From Candidatus Omnitrophota bacterium (GTDB taxonomy: Bacteria > Omnitrophota > Gorgyraeia > Pluralincolimonadales > Pluralincolimonadaceae), in assembly GCA_041651455.1 (NCBI GenBank), contig JBAZJG010000002.1, positions 127,892 to 191,891 on the forward strand: DNA of 64,000 nt, read 5' to 3'. The translations under genes were made by a program, and so were the position numbers. Numbering within the stretch: position 1 is the stretch's first letter; the number at the start of each line of letters is the position of its first letter. Below are positions 1-9,363 of this stretch, piece after piece. Under the pieces are notes generated by a model, which was given only the letters and a program-made list of their open reading frames with translations, did not search any database and was not told where the DNA came from.

Positions 1-18
1 GGGTATCGGTCTCTAATG

Positions 19-52
19 TTGACATGGCTTCGGAGCTCGAGAGCCTTATATA
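19..52 (+). promoter_or_regulatory. Candidate sigma70-like promoter upstream of the hydrogenase operon. TTGACA at 19-24 and a TATATA/TTATAT -10-like element at 46-52.
   Basis: A TTGACA hexamer and an AT-rich hexamer are seen in the sequence. Spacing is about 21 nt, which is longer than ideal. RBS AAAGGAGAG at 59-67 precedes the ATG at 74. Confidence 0.2.
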
Positions 53-73
53 CAAACTAAAAGGAGAGCGCGC

Positions 74-595
74 ATGAAAGCGGTTTCGGAAAGAGAGGTC
101 GACGCGACGGAAGTCGACAGGATCATCGATAAGCACAGGGATTCCCCGGGCGACCTGCTCGGCATAATGGAGGAAGTCCAGGAACTGAACAGGCACAAAT
201 ACCTTCCGAGGCAGACGCTCGAATATATCGCCGAAAGCCTCGAGCTGCCGTTCTCGAAAGTATACAGCGTCGCCACCTTTTACGCGTTCTTCAACCTGAA
301 GCCGCAGGGCGAGCATTCGATAATCGTCTGCAGGGGAACCGCCTGCCATACGAAGGGGTCGAAAGCCCTACTCGAGCACCTCGAGGGTTTCCTCGGCATA
401 AAGGGGGCCTTCGACGAAGGGGAGTCGTATTTTACGACGAAAGACAATAAGTTTACCGTCAGGACGGTCGCCTGTTTCGGCCAGTGCGCGCTGGCGCCGG
501 TCGTGGTCGTCGACGGGAAGATATACGTGCATATGAACGAGAACAAGCTCGCAAGGATAGTCAAAGAACTCAGCCGGGGAGGTAGGAAGAAATGA
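74..595 (+). CDS. NADH dehydrogenase 24-kDa-like [2Fe-2S] subunit (NuoE/HndA family) of a multimeric [FeFe] hydrogenase.
   Basis: 173 aa with a thioredoxin-like [2Fe-2S] ferredoxin fold. Cys motifs CRGTACH...C and the ACFGQCALAPVVVVDG motif are typical of NuoE/HndA/HydC. It is first in the operon with nuoF-like and hydA genes and has an RBS upstream. Confidence 0.8.
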   Translation: MKAVSEREVDATEVDRIIDKHRDSPGDLLGIMEEVQELNRHKYLPRQTLEYIAESLELPFSKVYSVATFYAFFNLKPQGEHSIIVCRGTACHTKGSKALLEHLEGFLGIKGAFDEGESYFTTKDNKFTVRTVACFGQCALAPVVVVDGKIYVHMNENKLARIVKELSRGGRKK

Positions 596-3500
596 GGATA
601 TCCGACATAAAGCACCTGGACATCTTGAGGGATAAGCGTTTCAAGGAGATATTCTCGGGCCGGCCGCGCATATCGGTCGGCATGGGCACATGCGGCATAG
701 GCAACGGCGCCGAAGAGGTATACAAGGCGCTCGAGAAGGAGATACGCAGAAAAAAATCCGGCATATTACTGGGGAAGGTGGGCTGCTTCGGGTTCTGCGC
801 GAACGAGCCGCTCGTGAACGTATACCTGCCAGGGAAGCCGCTCATCATATTGCATAAGGTCACGCCGAAAGACGCCGTGAAGATAGTCGAGAAGACGCTC
901 AGGGGCGACATACTCAAGGAAAAGGTCCTTTGCAAGATAGAGGAATGGGACCACATAACGAGCAAGGCGACCTACGGCCGCGGTTTCCCCGGCATACCGA
1001 AATGGGACGAGGTCCCGTTCTTCAGGGGCCAGAAGAAGATCGTCCTGAGGGATTTCGGCCTCATCGACCCCGAGAACATCGAGGACTATATCGCGATAGG
1101 CGGATACCACGCGCTTTACAAGGCCGTCACGGAGATGAGCCCCGAGAAGGTCATCGACGAGCTGAAGGTCTCGAAACTGCGCGGCCGCGGCGGCGCGGGC
1201 TTCCCGACCTGGCGCAAGTGGGATATCATGCGCAACATCAAGGCGGACAGGAAGTACGTCGTCTGCAACGCCGATGAAGGTGATCCCGGCGCGTATATGA
1301 ACCGCAACGAGATAGAGAGCGACCCGCATATGCTTATAGAGGGCATGGCGATCGCCGCGTATACGATGGGCACCGACAAGGGTATCGTATATATCCGCGC
1401 GGAATACCCGCTCGCGGTCGAAAGGTTAAGGAAAGCCATCAAGGACGCCGAGGAATATGGCCTGCTCGGCAAGAACATCCTCAATACCGGTTTTGATTTC
1501 GACATAAAGATCGTCGAGGGCGCGGGCGCGTTCGTCTGCGGAGAGGAGACGGCCCTGATATTCTCGCTCGAGGGCCTTCCGGGCCGCCCGAGGCCGAGGC
1601 CGCCGTTCCCCGCGGAGAAAGGCCTCTGGGGCAAGCCGACCAATATTAATAACGTAGAGACGTTGAGCAACGTCCCCGCGATAATATCGCGCGGCGGCGC
1701 GTGGTTCGCGCAGACGGGCACCTCGGCAAGCGCGGGCACTAAGGTATTCTCGCTCGTCGGCAAGGTCAAGAACACCGGCCTCGTCGAGCTTCCGTTCGGC
1801 TCTCCGCTGCTCTCCCTTATTTACCAGATGGGCGAGGGAAGCGGCAGGGACAAGGTCATAAAGGCCGTCCAGAGCGGCGGACCGTCCGGAGGATGCATCT
1901 CGTCGAAGCTCTTCGGTTCCAAGGTCGATTACGAGACGCTCGCCGAACTCGGCGCCATACTCGGCTCCGGAGGCATGGTAGTCATGGACCAGGACAACTG
2001 CATGGTCGACGTCGCGCGCTATTTCATCGAGTTCACCACGTCGGAATCATGCGGTAAGTGCACGCCTTGCCGCGAAGGGCTGCAGCAGGCGCTGAAGATC
2101 CTGAAGGACATAACCGAGGGCAGGGGCAAGGTCGAGGACATGAAGACCCTCGAGGACCTCGGAAAGACGATTAAGGACACCGCGATATGCGGCCTCGGGC
2201 AGACGGCCCCGAACCCGGTCCTGACGACGCTGAAGTATTTCAGGGACGAATACGAGGACCATATAAAGAACAAGAGATGCGACGCGGGTATCTGCCAGGC
2301 GCTGTTCCTCTCGCCCTGCGAGAACAGCTGCCCTTTGCATATGAACATCCCGGGATACCTCGAACTCGTGAATGAGAAGAGGATGGAAGACGCGTACGAG
2401 ATGATACTGCGCGACAACCCGTTCCCGGCGAGCTCGGGCAGGATATGCCATTTCCACTGCAAGATGCGCTGCCGCAGGGAGGACATAGACGATCCGATCT
2501 CCACGGGCGAAGTACACCGTTTCGTCGCCGACAACCTGCATAATAACGGCAGGGACAAGGCGGTAATGAGGGCGATATTGAAGGAGCGCGCGCAACCGAC
2601 CGGGAAGAAGGTCACGATAATCGGCGCGGGCCCTGCGGGCCTTACCGCGGCATACTACCTCGCGCGGCTCGGACACGCGGTCACGGTCCACGAGGCGAAA
2701 CCCAAGGCGGGCGGCGTGCTGATGTACGGTATCCCGTCGTACAGGCTGCCGAAGGAAGTGCTCGAGCGGGAGGTCAAGTTCATAAAGGACTGCGGAGCCA
2801 AGTTCGTCTTTAACTCTAAAATAACGTCCGAAAGATTGCGTTCGCTCGGGAAGAACAACGACGCAGTCCTCGTGGCGACCGGCGCCTATAAGGAGATGGA
2901 CCTCGACATCCCGGGCAAGGACTTCAAGGGAGTCCTGCACGGGACCGATTACCTCGAGCAGATAGCCACCGGAAAAAAGGTAACGCTTGGGAAGAAGGTC
3001 GCGATAATAGGCGCGGGCAACGTCGCGATAGACGCCGCAAGAACGGCATTCCGTTTCGGCTGCGACGTCACGATCGTCTACCGCCGCGAAAAGGCGGATA
3101 TGCCGGCGAACAAGGAAGAGATAAAAGCGGCGGAGAGCGAAGGGATCAAATTCGTATTCCTCGCCGCCCCTAAATCGATAACGGGAGATAAGGGCAGGGC
3201 GACCGGGGTCGAGATATCGAAGATGAAGCCGGGGGATTACGACCTTTCCGGCAGGCGCAGGCCCGTCGCGACGAACGAGTCGCAGGTCATCCCGTGCGAT
3301 ACGGTCATCCTCGCGATAGGCGAGAAGGTCGATTCGGGATTCATCAAGAACGTCGGCATCGATACGAACGATGACGGGACGGTGAAGGTGGACCGCTCGA
3401 CGATGCAGACGGTAAGCCCGAAGTTCTACGCCGTAGGCGACCTCGTCATGGGTCCGGCGACGGCGGTCGAGGCGATGGCGCAGGGCAAGAAGGCCGCGGA

Positions 3501-3735
3501 AGCGATAGACGAGGCGCTCACCGGCGAGAAGAGGTTCGATACGCTGTTCAGGAAATTCAAATACAAAAACGAGGTCCCGCTCGAGCCGTGTTCCGAGGGA
3601 AGGAGGCACCCGAAGTCGCTCTCGGTCGCTTCGAGGAAGAGGAACTTCAAGGAGGTCTCCCTCGGGCTCTGCTGGGATGACGTCAGGACCGAAACCACCC
3701 GCTGCCTCAGATGCGATGTCAAGGAGGTCAAATAA
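592..3735 (+). CDS. NuoF-like flavoprotein subunit of a bifurcating hydrogenase (FMN/NADH binding plus Fe-S) fused to a C-terminal GltD/NfnB-like pyridine nucleotide-disulfide oxidoreductase domain.
   Basis: 1047 aa. N-terminal thioredoxin-like [2Fe-2S] domain. NuoF signature GAGAFVCGEETALIFSLEG and the SESCGKCTPCREG 4Fe-4S motif. Cys-rich linker CDAGICQALFLSPCENSCP...ICHFHCKMRC. The GltD-type Rossmann TIIGAGPAGLTAAYYLARLGHAVTVHE and a second AIIGAGNVAIDAART motif. The start overlaps the upstream stop (ATGA). Confidence 0.8.
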   Translation: MRISDIKHLDILRDKRFKEIFSGRPRISVGMGTCGIGNGAEEVYKALEKEIRRKKSGILLGKVGCFGFCANEPLVNVYLPGKPLIILHKVTPKDAVKIVEKTLRGDILKEKVLCKIEEWDHITSKATYGRGFPGIPKWDEVPFFRGQKKIVLRDFGLIDPENIEDYIAIGGYHALYKAVTEMSPEKVIDELKVSKLRGRGGAGFPTWRKWDIMRNIKADRKYVVCNADEGDPGAYMNRNEIESDPHMLIEGMAIAAYTMGTDKGIVYIRAEYPLAVERLRKAIKDAEEYGLLGKNILNTGFDFDIKIVEGAGAFVCGEETALIFSLEGLPGRPRPRPPFPAEKGLWGKPTNINNVETLSNVPAIISRGGAWFAQTGTSASAGTKVFSLVGKVKNTGLVELPFGSPLLSLIYQMGEGSGRDKVIKAVQSGGPSGGCISSKLFGSKVDYETLAELGAILGSGGMVVMDQDNCMVDVARYFIEFTTSESCGKCTPCREGLQQALKILKDITEGRGKVEDMKTLEDLGKTIKDTAICGLGQTAPNPVLTTLKYFRDEYEDHIKNKRCDAGICQALFLSPCENSCPLHMNIPGYLELVNEKRMEDAYEMILRDNPFPASSGRICHFHCKMRCRREDIDDPISTGEVHRFVADNLHNNGRDKAVMRAILKERAQPTGKKVTIIGAGPAGLTAAYYLARLGHAVTVHEAKPKAGGVLMYGIPSYRLPKEVLEREVKFIKDCGAKFVFNSKITSERLRSLGKNNDAVLVATGAYKEMDLDIPGKDFKGVLHGTDYLEQIATGKKVTLGKKVAIIGAGNVAIDAARTAFRFGCDVTIVYRREKADMPANKEEIKAAESEGIKFVFLAAPKSITGDKGRATGVEISKMKPGDYDLSGRRRPVATNESQVIPCDTVILAIGEKVDSGFIKNVGIDTNDDGTVKVDRSTMQTVSPKFYAVGDLVMGPATAVEAMAQGKKAAEAIDEALTGEKRFDTLFRKFKYKNEVPLEPCSEGRRHPKSLSVASRKRNFKEVSLGLCWDDVRTETTRCLRCDVKEVK

Positions 3736-5456
3736 TGGCTGACAAGATGATCAATATAAAGATAGACGGCAAGGACCTGGTTGTTCCCGAGGGAACAACC
3801 ATACTAAAGGCCGCGCGCAAGGCAGGCATCGAGATACCGACACTCTGCTATCTCGACGGCATATCGGAGAACGCGTCGTGCGGTGTATGCTGCGTCGAGG
3901 TAAGGAAGGCGAAGAGCCTGTTGAGGTCGTGCATCACGAAGGTCTCCGAAGGGATGGAGATATATACCAACACGCCCGCGGTGCGCGACGCGCGCAGGAT
4001 GAACGTCGAACTGTTGCTCGCGGGCCATCCGAAGGACTGCCCGACCTGCGACAAGAACGAGACGTGCGAGCTGCGCATGCTCGCGTCCGACCTCGGCATC
4101 AGGAAGGTCCGCTTCGGCAAGACGCGCAAGCGCGATTTCGACGTGGATTCGACGTCGCCGTCGGTCATCAGGGACCCGAACAAGTGCATCCTCTGCGGCC
4201 GCTGCATAGCCGTATGCTCCCAGGTCCAGTCGGTCAACGCGATAGATTTCGCGAACCGCGGAAGCAAGACGCTCGTCTCGACGTTCTTCAACGAGGGGCT
4301 CGGCAACGTCGAATGCGCGAACTGCGGCCAGTGCATACTCGTATGCCCTACCGGCGCATTGACCGAGAAGAGCTCTATAGACGACGTATGGAAGGCGATA
4401 CACGACCCGAAGAAGACAGTGGTCGTCCAGACCGCGCCGGCTGTAAGGGCCGCGATCGGCGAGGAGTTCGGCATGCCCGCCGGCTCGCTCGTGACGGGCA
4501 AGATGGCGGCCGCCCTCAGAAAGCTGGGCTTTGACCGCGTATTCGACACGCAGTTCACCGCCGACCTTACGATCATGGAAGAAGGCTTCGAGCTTATAGA
4601 CAGGATAAAGAACAACGGGGTGCTCCCGCTGATAACATCGTGCTCGCCCGGTTGGATAAAGTTCAGCGAGCATTTCTTCCCGGATGTCCTCGACCACCTC
4701 TCGACATGCAAATCGCCGCAGCAGATGTTCGGCGCGGTCGCGAAGACCTATTTTGCCGAGAAGGCCGGCATCGACCCGAAGGAGATGGTCGTCGTATCCG
4801 TAATGCCTTGCACAGCGAAGAAATTCGAGGCGAGGCGGCCCGAGATGGGCAATGACGTCGATTACGTCCTCACGACGCGCGAGGCCGCGCAGATGATAAA
4901 GGAAGCCGGCATCGATTTCGTGAACCTTCCCGACGAGGATTTCGACCACCCGCTCGGCGAGTCGACGGGAGCGGCCGTAATATTCGGCGCGACAGGAGGC
5001 GTAATGGAAGCCGCGCTGAGGACGGCATACGAGGTCGTCACGAAGAAGACGCTCGATAAGCTCGATTTCAAGGACGTCCGCGGGCTCGAAGGCATAAAGA
5101 CCGCCGAAGTCGACCTGAACGGGCTTAAGGTCAGGGTGGCTGTGGCCAACGGCCTCGGCAACGCGCGCAAGCTCCTCGAGGAGGTGCAGGCAGGGAAGTC
5201 GCCCTACCATTTCATCGAGATAATGTGCTGCCCCGGCGGATGCCTCGGCGGCGGAGGACAACCGATACCGACCAACATGGAAGTCAAGAAGAAGAGGGCC
5301 GAGGCGATATATAAGGAAGACGCGGGAAAACCGATAAGGAAATCCCACGAGAACCCGTCCGTCCAGGCCATATACAAGGAGTTCCTCGGCGAACCTCTCG
5401 GCGAGAAGTCGCACCACCTCCTGCATACGACCTACACCAAGAGAGGCCTGAAATGA
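3711..5456 (+). CDS. hydA: [FeFe] hydrogenase catalytic (H-cluster) subunit, HydA/HndD-like.
   Basis: 581 aa. N-terminal [2Fe-2S] ferredoxin-like domain and two 4Fe-4S ferredoxin motifs (CxxCxxCxxxCP twice). H-cluster motifs are present: L1 as TSCSPGW (variant of TSCCPxW), L2 as MPCTAKKFE, L3 as EIMCCPGGCLGGGGQP. Confidence 0.85.
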   Translation: MRCQGGQIMADKMINIKIDGKDLVVPEGTTILKAARKAGIEIPTLCYLDGISENASCGVCCVEVRKAKSLLRSCITKVSEGMEIYTNTPAVRDARRMNVELLLAGHPKDCPTCDKNETCELRMLASDLGIRKVRFGKTRKRDFDVDSTSPSVIRDPNKCILCGRCIAVCSQVQSVNAIDFANRGSKTLVSTFFNEGLGNVECANCGQCILVCPTGALTEKSSIDDVWKAIHDPKKTVVVQTAPAVRAAIGEEFGMPAGSLVTGKMAAALRKLGFDRVFDTQFTADLTIMEEGFELIDRIKNNGVLPLITSCSPGWIKFSEHFFPDVLDHLSTCKSPQQMFGAVAKTYFAEKAGIDPKEMVVVSVMPCTAKKFEARRPEMGNDVDYVLTTREAAQMIKEAGIDFVNLPDEDFDHPLGESTGAAVIFGATGGVMEAALRTAYEVVTKKTLDKLDFKDVRGLEGIKTAEVDLNGLKVRVAVANGLGNARKLLEEVQAGKSPYHFIEIMCCPGGCLGGGGQPIPTNMEVKKKRAEAIYKEDAGKPIRKSHENPSVQAIYKEFLGEPLGEKSHHLLHTTYTKRGLK

Positions 5457-6352
5457 AGGGGACGCATTCCCTTATTTGCGCGCTGGTTTTGGTCCTGTGG
5501 ACAACGGCGGCGGTCTGCGCATTGCAGCCGGCCGATAAGCCGAAGAACATCGTCCTGATAGGATGGGACGGCGCCCAGATGGACCACGTTAAGGAATGCC
5601 TCGGCCGCGGCGAGCTGCCGAACCTTAAAAAACTGTCGGACGAGGGCTCATTCGTCGAGATAGATATACAGGGCCACCAGACCGAGACCGAGCCGGGATT
5701 CGCGCAGATACTTACCGGATATGACGACGAGGTGTCGGGCGTCCTAGGCAACGAGAAATACTCGTGCATCCCTAAGGGATACACTATATTCGAGCGGATC
5801 GAAGAACATTTCGGCGCGGATAATGTCGTGACCGTCGGCCTCTTCTCGAAAGGGCACAGGTTCAAGTCCGACTCTCCGGAGAAGCCGTATTACAACGCCG
5901 CAAAGGCGGCAGACATCTTCAGGAACGGCCTCAACGAGGACAAAAATGTCACCGCGCAGGCGTTGAAGATGCTCGAGGCCTACAAGGACAGGCCTTTCTT
6001 CTTCTTCGTGCAGTTCGCGGGCGCGGACAGGAGCGGGCATGATAAGGGGGAGAACTCGGTCGAATACAACGACGCTTTGATAACCTACGACAAGCTGACA
6101 GGCAGCATAGCGGATAAACTGAAGGAGCTCGGCCTCTACGACAAGACGATAATTTACGTGACCGCCGACCACGGTTTCGACGAGGGCTCGCGCGGCCACA
6201 GTTTCGCGCCGTACGTATTCATGGCGACGAATGATCCCCGCGGGATAAACCGCGGGTTCCAGGCGGACGTCACGCCGACCGTCCTCGACAGGTTCGGGGT
6301 CGACCTTAAAAAGATAGAGCCGCCGTATGAAGGCAAGCCCCTGACAAAGTGA
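5453..6352 (+). CDS. Secreted alkaline-phosphatase-superfamily phosphoesterase (nucleotide pyrophosphatase/phosphodiesterase or sulfatase-like).
   Basis: 299 aa with a signal peptide. GWDGAQMDH and TADHGFDEGSRGHS metal-ligand motifs are typical of the AlkP/NPP superfamily. The ATG overlaps the hydA TGA (ATGA), so the two are translationally coupled. Confidence 0.55.
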   Translation: MKGTHSLICALVLVLWTTAAVCALQPADKPKNIVLIGWDGAQMDHVKECLGRGELPNLKKLSDEGSFVEIDIQGHQTETEPGFAQILTGYDDEVSGVLGNEKYSCIPKGYTIFERIEEHFGADNVVTVGLFSKGHRFKSDSPEKPYYNAAKAADIFRNGLNEDKNVTAQALKMLEAYKDRPFFFFVQFAGADRSGHDKGENSVEYNDALITYDKLTGSIADKLKELGLYDKTIIYVTADHGFDEGSRGHSFAPYVFMATNDPRGINRGFQADVTPTVLDRFGVDLKKIEPPYEGKPLTK

Positions 6353-6369
6353 CCGGCTAGGAGGAGCAG

Positions 6370-6822
6370 ATGAAGCTGACCCTGACGCAGTTATCGATAT
6401 TCGTAGAGAACAGGCCGGGACGCCTTTTTAGCATATGCTCGCTCCTCGGCGACGGCGGGATAAATATCAGGGCTATCACGATAGCCGAAAGCGAAGGTTT
6501 CGGGATATTGCGCATCATCGTCGACAGGCCCGACGACGCGCTCGATATTTTGAAGATGGCCGGATATACGGCCAACGTCGCGGATATTGTCGCTGTGGAC
6601 ATAGTCGACAGGCCGGGCGGGCTCGCGGAAGTGCTAAGGGTTCTCAATGACGCCGGCATAAACGTCGAATACATGTACGGGTTCGTGGACAGGTCGTCGG
6701 ATAACGCGCTGGTCGCGTTCCGTTTCGAGAACCCCGACGACGCCGTAAGGATACTCAAGAGCAACGATATCAGGGTCGTCGGGAATAAGAGCGCGAAGAA
6801 CACCCGAGGGGGTGCAAAATGA
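6370..6822 (+). CDS. Tandem ACT-domain small-molecule-binding protein.
   Basis: 150 aa with two repeats of the ACT pattern (IFVENRPGRL... and IVDRPGGLAEVLRVLNDAGINV). RBS GGAGGAG precedes it. Confidence 0.6.
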   Translation: MKLTLTQLSIFVENRPGRLFSICSLLGDGGINIRAITIAESEGFGILRIIVDRPDDALDILKMAGYTANVADIVAVDIVDRPGGLAEVLRVLNDAGINVEYMYGFVDRSSDNALVAFRFENPDDAVRILKSNDIRVVGNKSAKNTRGGAK

Positions 6823-7370
6823 CGGTATTAATCGGTTTGCTGCTTGTGGCCGGGCTGGCGGCCTGGTCTGTCATCACCTATAACATGTTCGTGAAATACA
6901 AGAACCTCATGGCGGAGGCCTGGAGCGGCATAGACGTCCAACTCAAGCGCCGCGCCGACCTCATTCCGAACCTCGTCGAGGCGGTCAAGGGGTACAAGCA
7001 GTTTGAAAGATCGACCCTCGAGAACGTGACCGCGCTGCGCGCCAAGGCGTCCGCCACCGAAGGCATAAAAGCCAAGGCCGACTCCGAGAACGCGATATCG
7101 CAGGCGCTGAAATCGATATTCGCGGTCGCCGAAGCGTATCCCGACCTCAAGGCGAACAAGAGCTTCCTCGACCTGCACCACAACCTCGTCGAGATAGAGG
7201 ACCAGCTGCAGATGTCGCGCAGGTATTACAACGGCGCCGTGAGGGATTACAGCATCCTCGCGCAGTCGTTCCCGAGCAACATCATCGCCAACGGTTTCGG
7301 GTTCGGCAAGGCCGATTTCTTCGAGATCGAATACGCTACCGAGCGCAAGGTTCCCGAGGTCAAAGTATGA
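6819..7370 (+). CDS. lemA: LemA family membrane protein.
   Basis: 183 aa with an N-terminal transmembrane helix and conserved LemA core ([26 protein letters not shown]...YYN). It is paired with a DUF2207 gene, as is usual. Confidence 0.8.
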   Translation: MTVLIGLLLVAGLAAWSVITYNMFVKYKNLMAEAWSGIDVQLKRRADLIPNLVEAVKGYKQFERSTLENVTALRAKASATEGIKAKADSENAISQALKSIFAVAEAYPDLKANKSFLDLHHNLVEIEDQLQMSRRYYNGAVRDYSILAQSFPSNIIANGFGFGKADFFEIEYATERKVPEVKV

Positions 7371-9343
7371 GAAGGTTATTTGCCGCTGTCCTGCTCGCCC
7401 TTTTAATTCCCGCGGCCGCAGGCGCCTCCGAACGGATACTTTCCTACGACAGCCGCATTGAGGTCCGCAAGGACTCTACAATGTCCGTGACCGAGACGAT
7501 AAAGGTGATCGCGGAGGGTTCGCAGATAAAACGCGGCATCTACCGCGACTTTCCTACGAAATACCGGGGAGGATACACGGTCGGCTTCAGCGTCCGCAGC
7601 GTCAAACGCGACGGCATGGCTGAAGCGTATCATACTCAGAGTCAGCCAAACGGCGTCAGGGTATATATAGGGAAGGGCGACGTGTTCATCCCGTACGGCG
7701 AGCATACCTACGAGATAACATATGAAACCGGCAGGCAGCTCGGGTTCTTCGAAGACCACGACGAGCTCTACTGGAACGTCACAGGAAACGGATGGGTCTT
7801 CCCGATAGACCAGGCGACGGCCACGGTCACCCTGCCCGAAGGCATACCGGAGAACGAAATAAAGACGGCGGGTTTTACCGGCGCGCAGGGCTCGAAGGCG
7901 CGCAATTTCAGCGCAATGTTTACGCACGGCCGCCCGTATTTCATCACGACGGAGCCCCTGCGCCCTTACGAAGGGCTAACGATAGTGGTCGGTTGGCCAA
8001 AGGGCTTTGTCACGCAGCCTGCGGCCGCGGCCGATGCCGGTTCAAGGCCCGCTGACACGGAAACGCCTTCTCCCAAGGGAAGCGGAATAAAAAGCTATGT
8101 CATGAAATTCCGGATGCCCGACAGCGGCAAGGTGATCCTCGGGGAGGCGCTTATATTCCTGCTCGTCGCCTATTATATTGCCGTATGGGTAAAGGTCGGC
8201 AGGGACCCTGAGAAGGGAGTCATAGTGCCGCTTTTCGTCCCGCCGAAAGGGGTCTCTCCCGCGGCGTGCAGGTATATCTCGAGGATGGCTTACGACAATA
8301 AGGCCTTCACGGCCGCGCTCGTCAGCGCCGCGGTAAAAGGATGCATAACCATAATAGAGGAACCGAGAGGGAAGTTCGCGATAAAGCGCGCGTCGAAGGA
8401 CATATCCGTCCTCAGCAAAGACGAGATAAAGTCCGTGGAATGGCTGCTGAAATACTCCGATTACCTGGAGCTCGAACAGAAAAACCACTCGGATATAGGG
8501 ATCGCGCTGGACAGGCTTAAGGATGCGCTGAAGACGGCTTATGAGAAGGTTTATTTCTTCACTAACACCCGGTATTTCGTGCCCGGCGCGATATTCTCGT
8601 TCTTTATACTCATAGCGTCGGCGTTCCTTACGTCGCCGAGGCAGGAGCCCGACAGCATCGCGATACTCGCGTTCATGAGCGTGTGGCTTTCGGGATGGTC
8701 TGTCGGCGTTATAGCGTTGTTGATGGCTGCCGGGAGCAAATGGAAGAACGTCTTCACGCGCGGCGGGAAGTTCCTCGCACTGGGCGAGGCGGTCTTTCTT
8801 ACGCTCTTCTGTGTGCCGTTCGTCTTCTTCGAAATATTCGGGCTCGCGGTCTTTACCGGCGTTTCATCTCTTTTGATGCCCATTATCCTTTTTGAGATAA
8901 TATTCGTGAACATACTGTTCTACCACCTGCTCAGGGCAAGGACGCTTGCCGGCAGGGCTATAATGGATGCCATCGAGGGATTCAGGATGTACCTCGCCAC
9001 CGCGGAGAAGGACGAGATAAGGGCCATGGGCGCGCCGAATGAGACGCCCCAGATCTTCGAAAGGTACCTGCCTTACGCGATCGCGCTCGATGTCGAGAAC
9101 GAGTGGGCCGAGAAATTCAACGATATGCTGTCGAAGTCAAGCGTGGAGGGGAGCGGTTATTCCCCGGCCTGGTATTCAGGTACTTCCTTCAGCAAGGCCG
9201 GCGCGGCGGGTTTTGCAGCCGCTATGGGCGGTTCGCTCTCCGGCACGATCTCCTCATCTTCAACCGCACCCGGCTCAAGCTCCGGTTTTGGCGGCGGCGG
9301 TGGCGGCGGAGGTGGAGGGGGTGGCGGCGGAGGCGGCTGGTAA
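7367..9343 (+). CDS. DUF2207-family membrane protein (LemA partner) with a C-terminal poly-glycine tail.
   Basis: 658 aa with a signal peptide, a large extracytoplasmic domain and multiple C-terminal transmembrane helices. Architecture and pairing with LemA support the call. It ends [19 protein letters not shown]. Confidence 0.6.
   Translation: MRRLFAAVLLALLIPAAAGASERILSYDSRIEVRKDSTMSVTETIKVIAEGSQIKRGIYRDFPTKYRGGYTVGFSVRSVKRDGMAEAYHTQSQPNGVRVYIGKGDVFIPYGEHTYEITYETGRQLGFFEDHDELYWNVTGNGWVFPIDQATATVTLPEGIPENEIKTAGFTGAQGSKARNFSAMFTHGRPYFITTEPLRPYEGLTIVVGWPKGFVTQPAAAADAGSRPADTETPSPKGSGIKSYVMKFRMPDSGKVILGEALIFLLVAYYIAVWVKVGRDPEKGVIVPLFVPPKGVSPAACRYISRMAYDNKAFTAALVSAAVKGCITIIEEPRGKFAIKRASKDISVLSKDEIKSVEWLLKYSDYLELEQKNHSDIGIALDRLKDALKTAYEKVYFFTNTRYFVPGAIFSFFILIASAFLTSPRQEPDSIAILAFMSVWLSGWSVGVIALLMAAGSKWKNVFTRGGKFLALGEAVFLTLFCVPFVFFEIFGLAVFTGVSSLLMPIILFEIIFVNILFYHLLRARTLAGRAIMDAIEGFRMYLATAEKDEIRAMGAPNETPQIFERYLPYAIALDVENEWAEKFNDMLSKSSVEGSGYSPAWYSGTSFSKAGAAGFAAAMGGSLSGTISSSSTAPGSSSGFGGGGGGGGGGGGGGGGW
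9290..9340 (+). repeat. Simple-sequence (GGN)n tract encoding a poly-Gly C-terminal tail.
   Basis: The tract ggcggcggcggtggcggcggaggtggagggggtggcggcggaggcggc is directly visible. Such tracts are prone to slipped-strand length variation. Confidence 0.7.
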
Positions 9344-9363
9344 ATGTTCATTTGGATCTGTGA

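Noticed and set aside
2047-3609. A 520-aa minus-strand ORF, plus similar long minus ORFs at 766-1329, 1116-1775, 3804-5426 and 3848-4711.
   Set aside because: These are antisense shadows of the nuoF-like and hydA genes. High GC suppresses stop codons, and the translations are Arg/Pro/Ala-rich low-complexity with no motifs.
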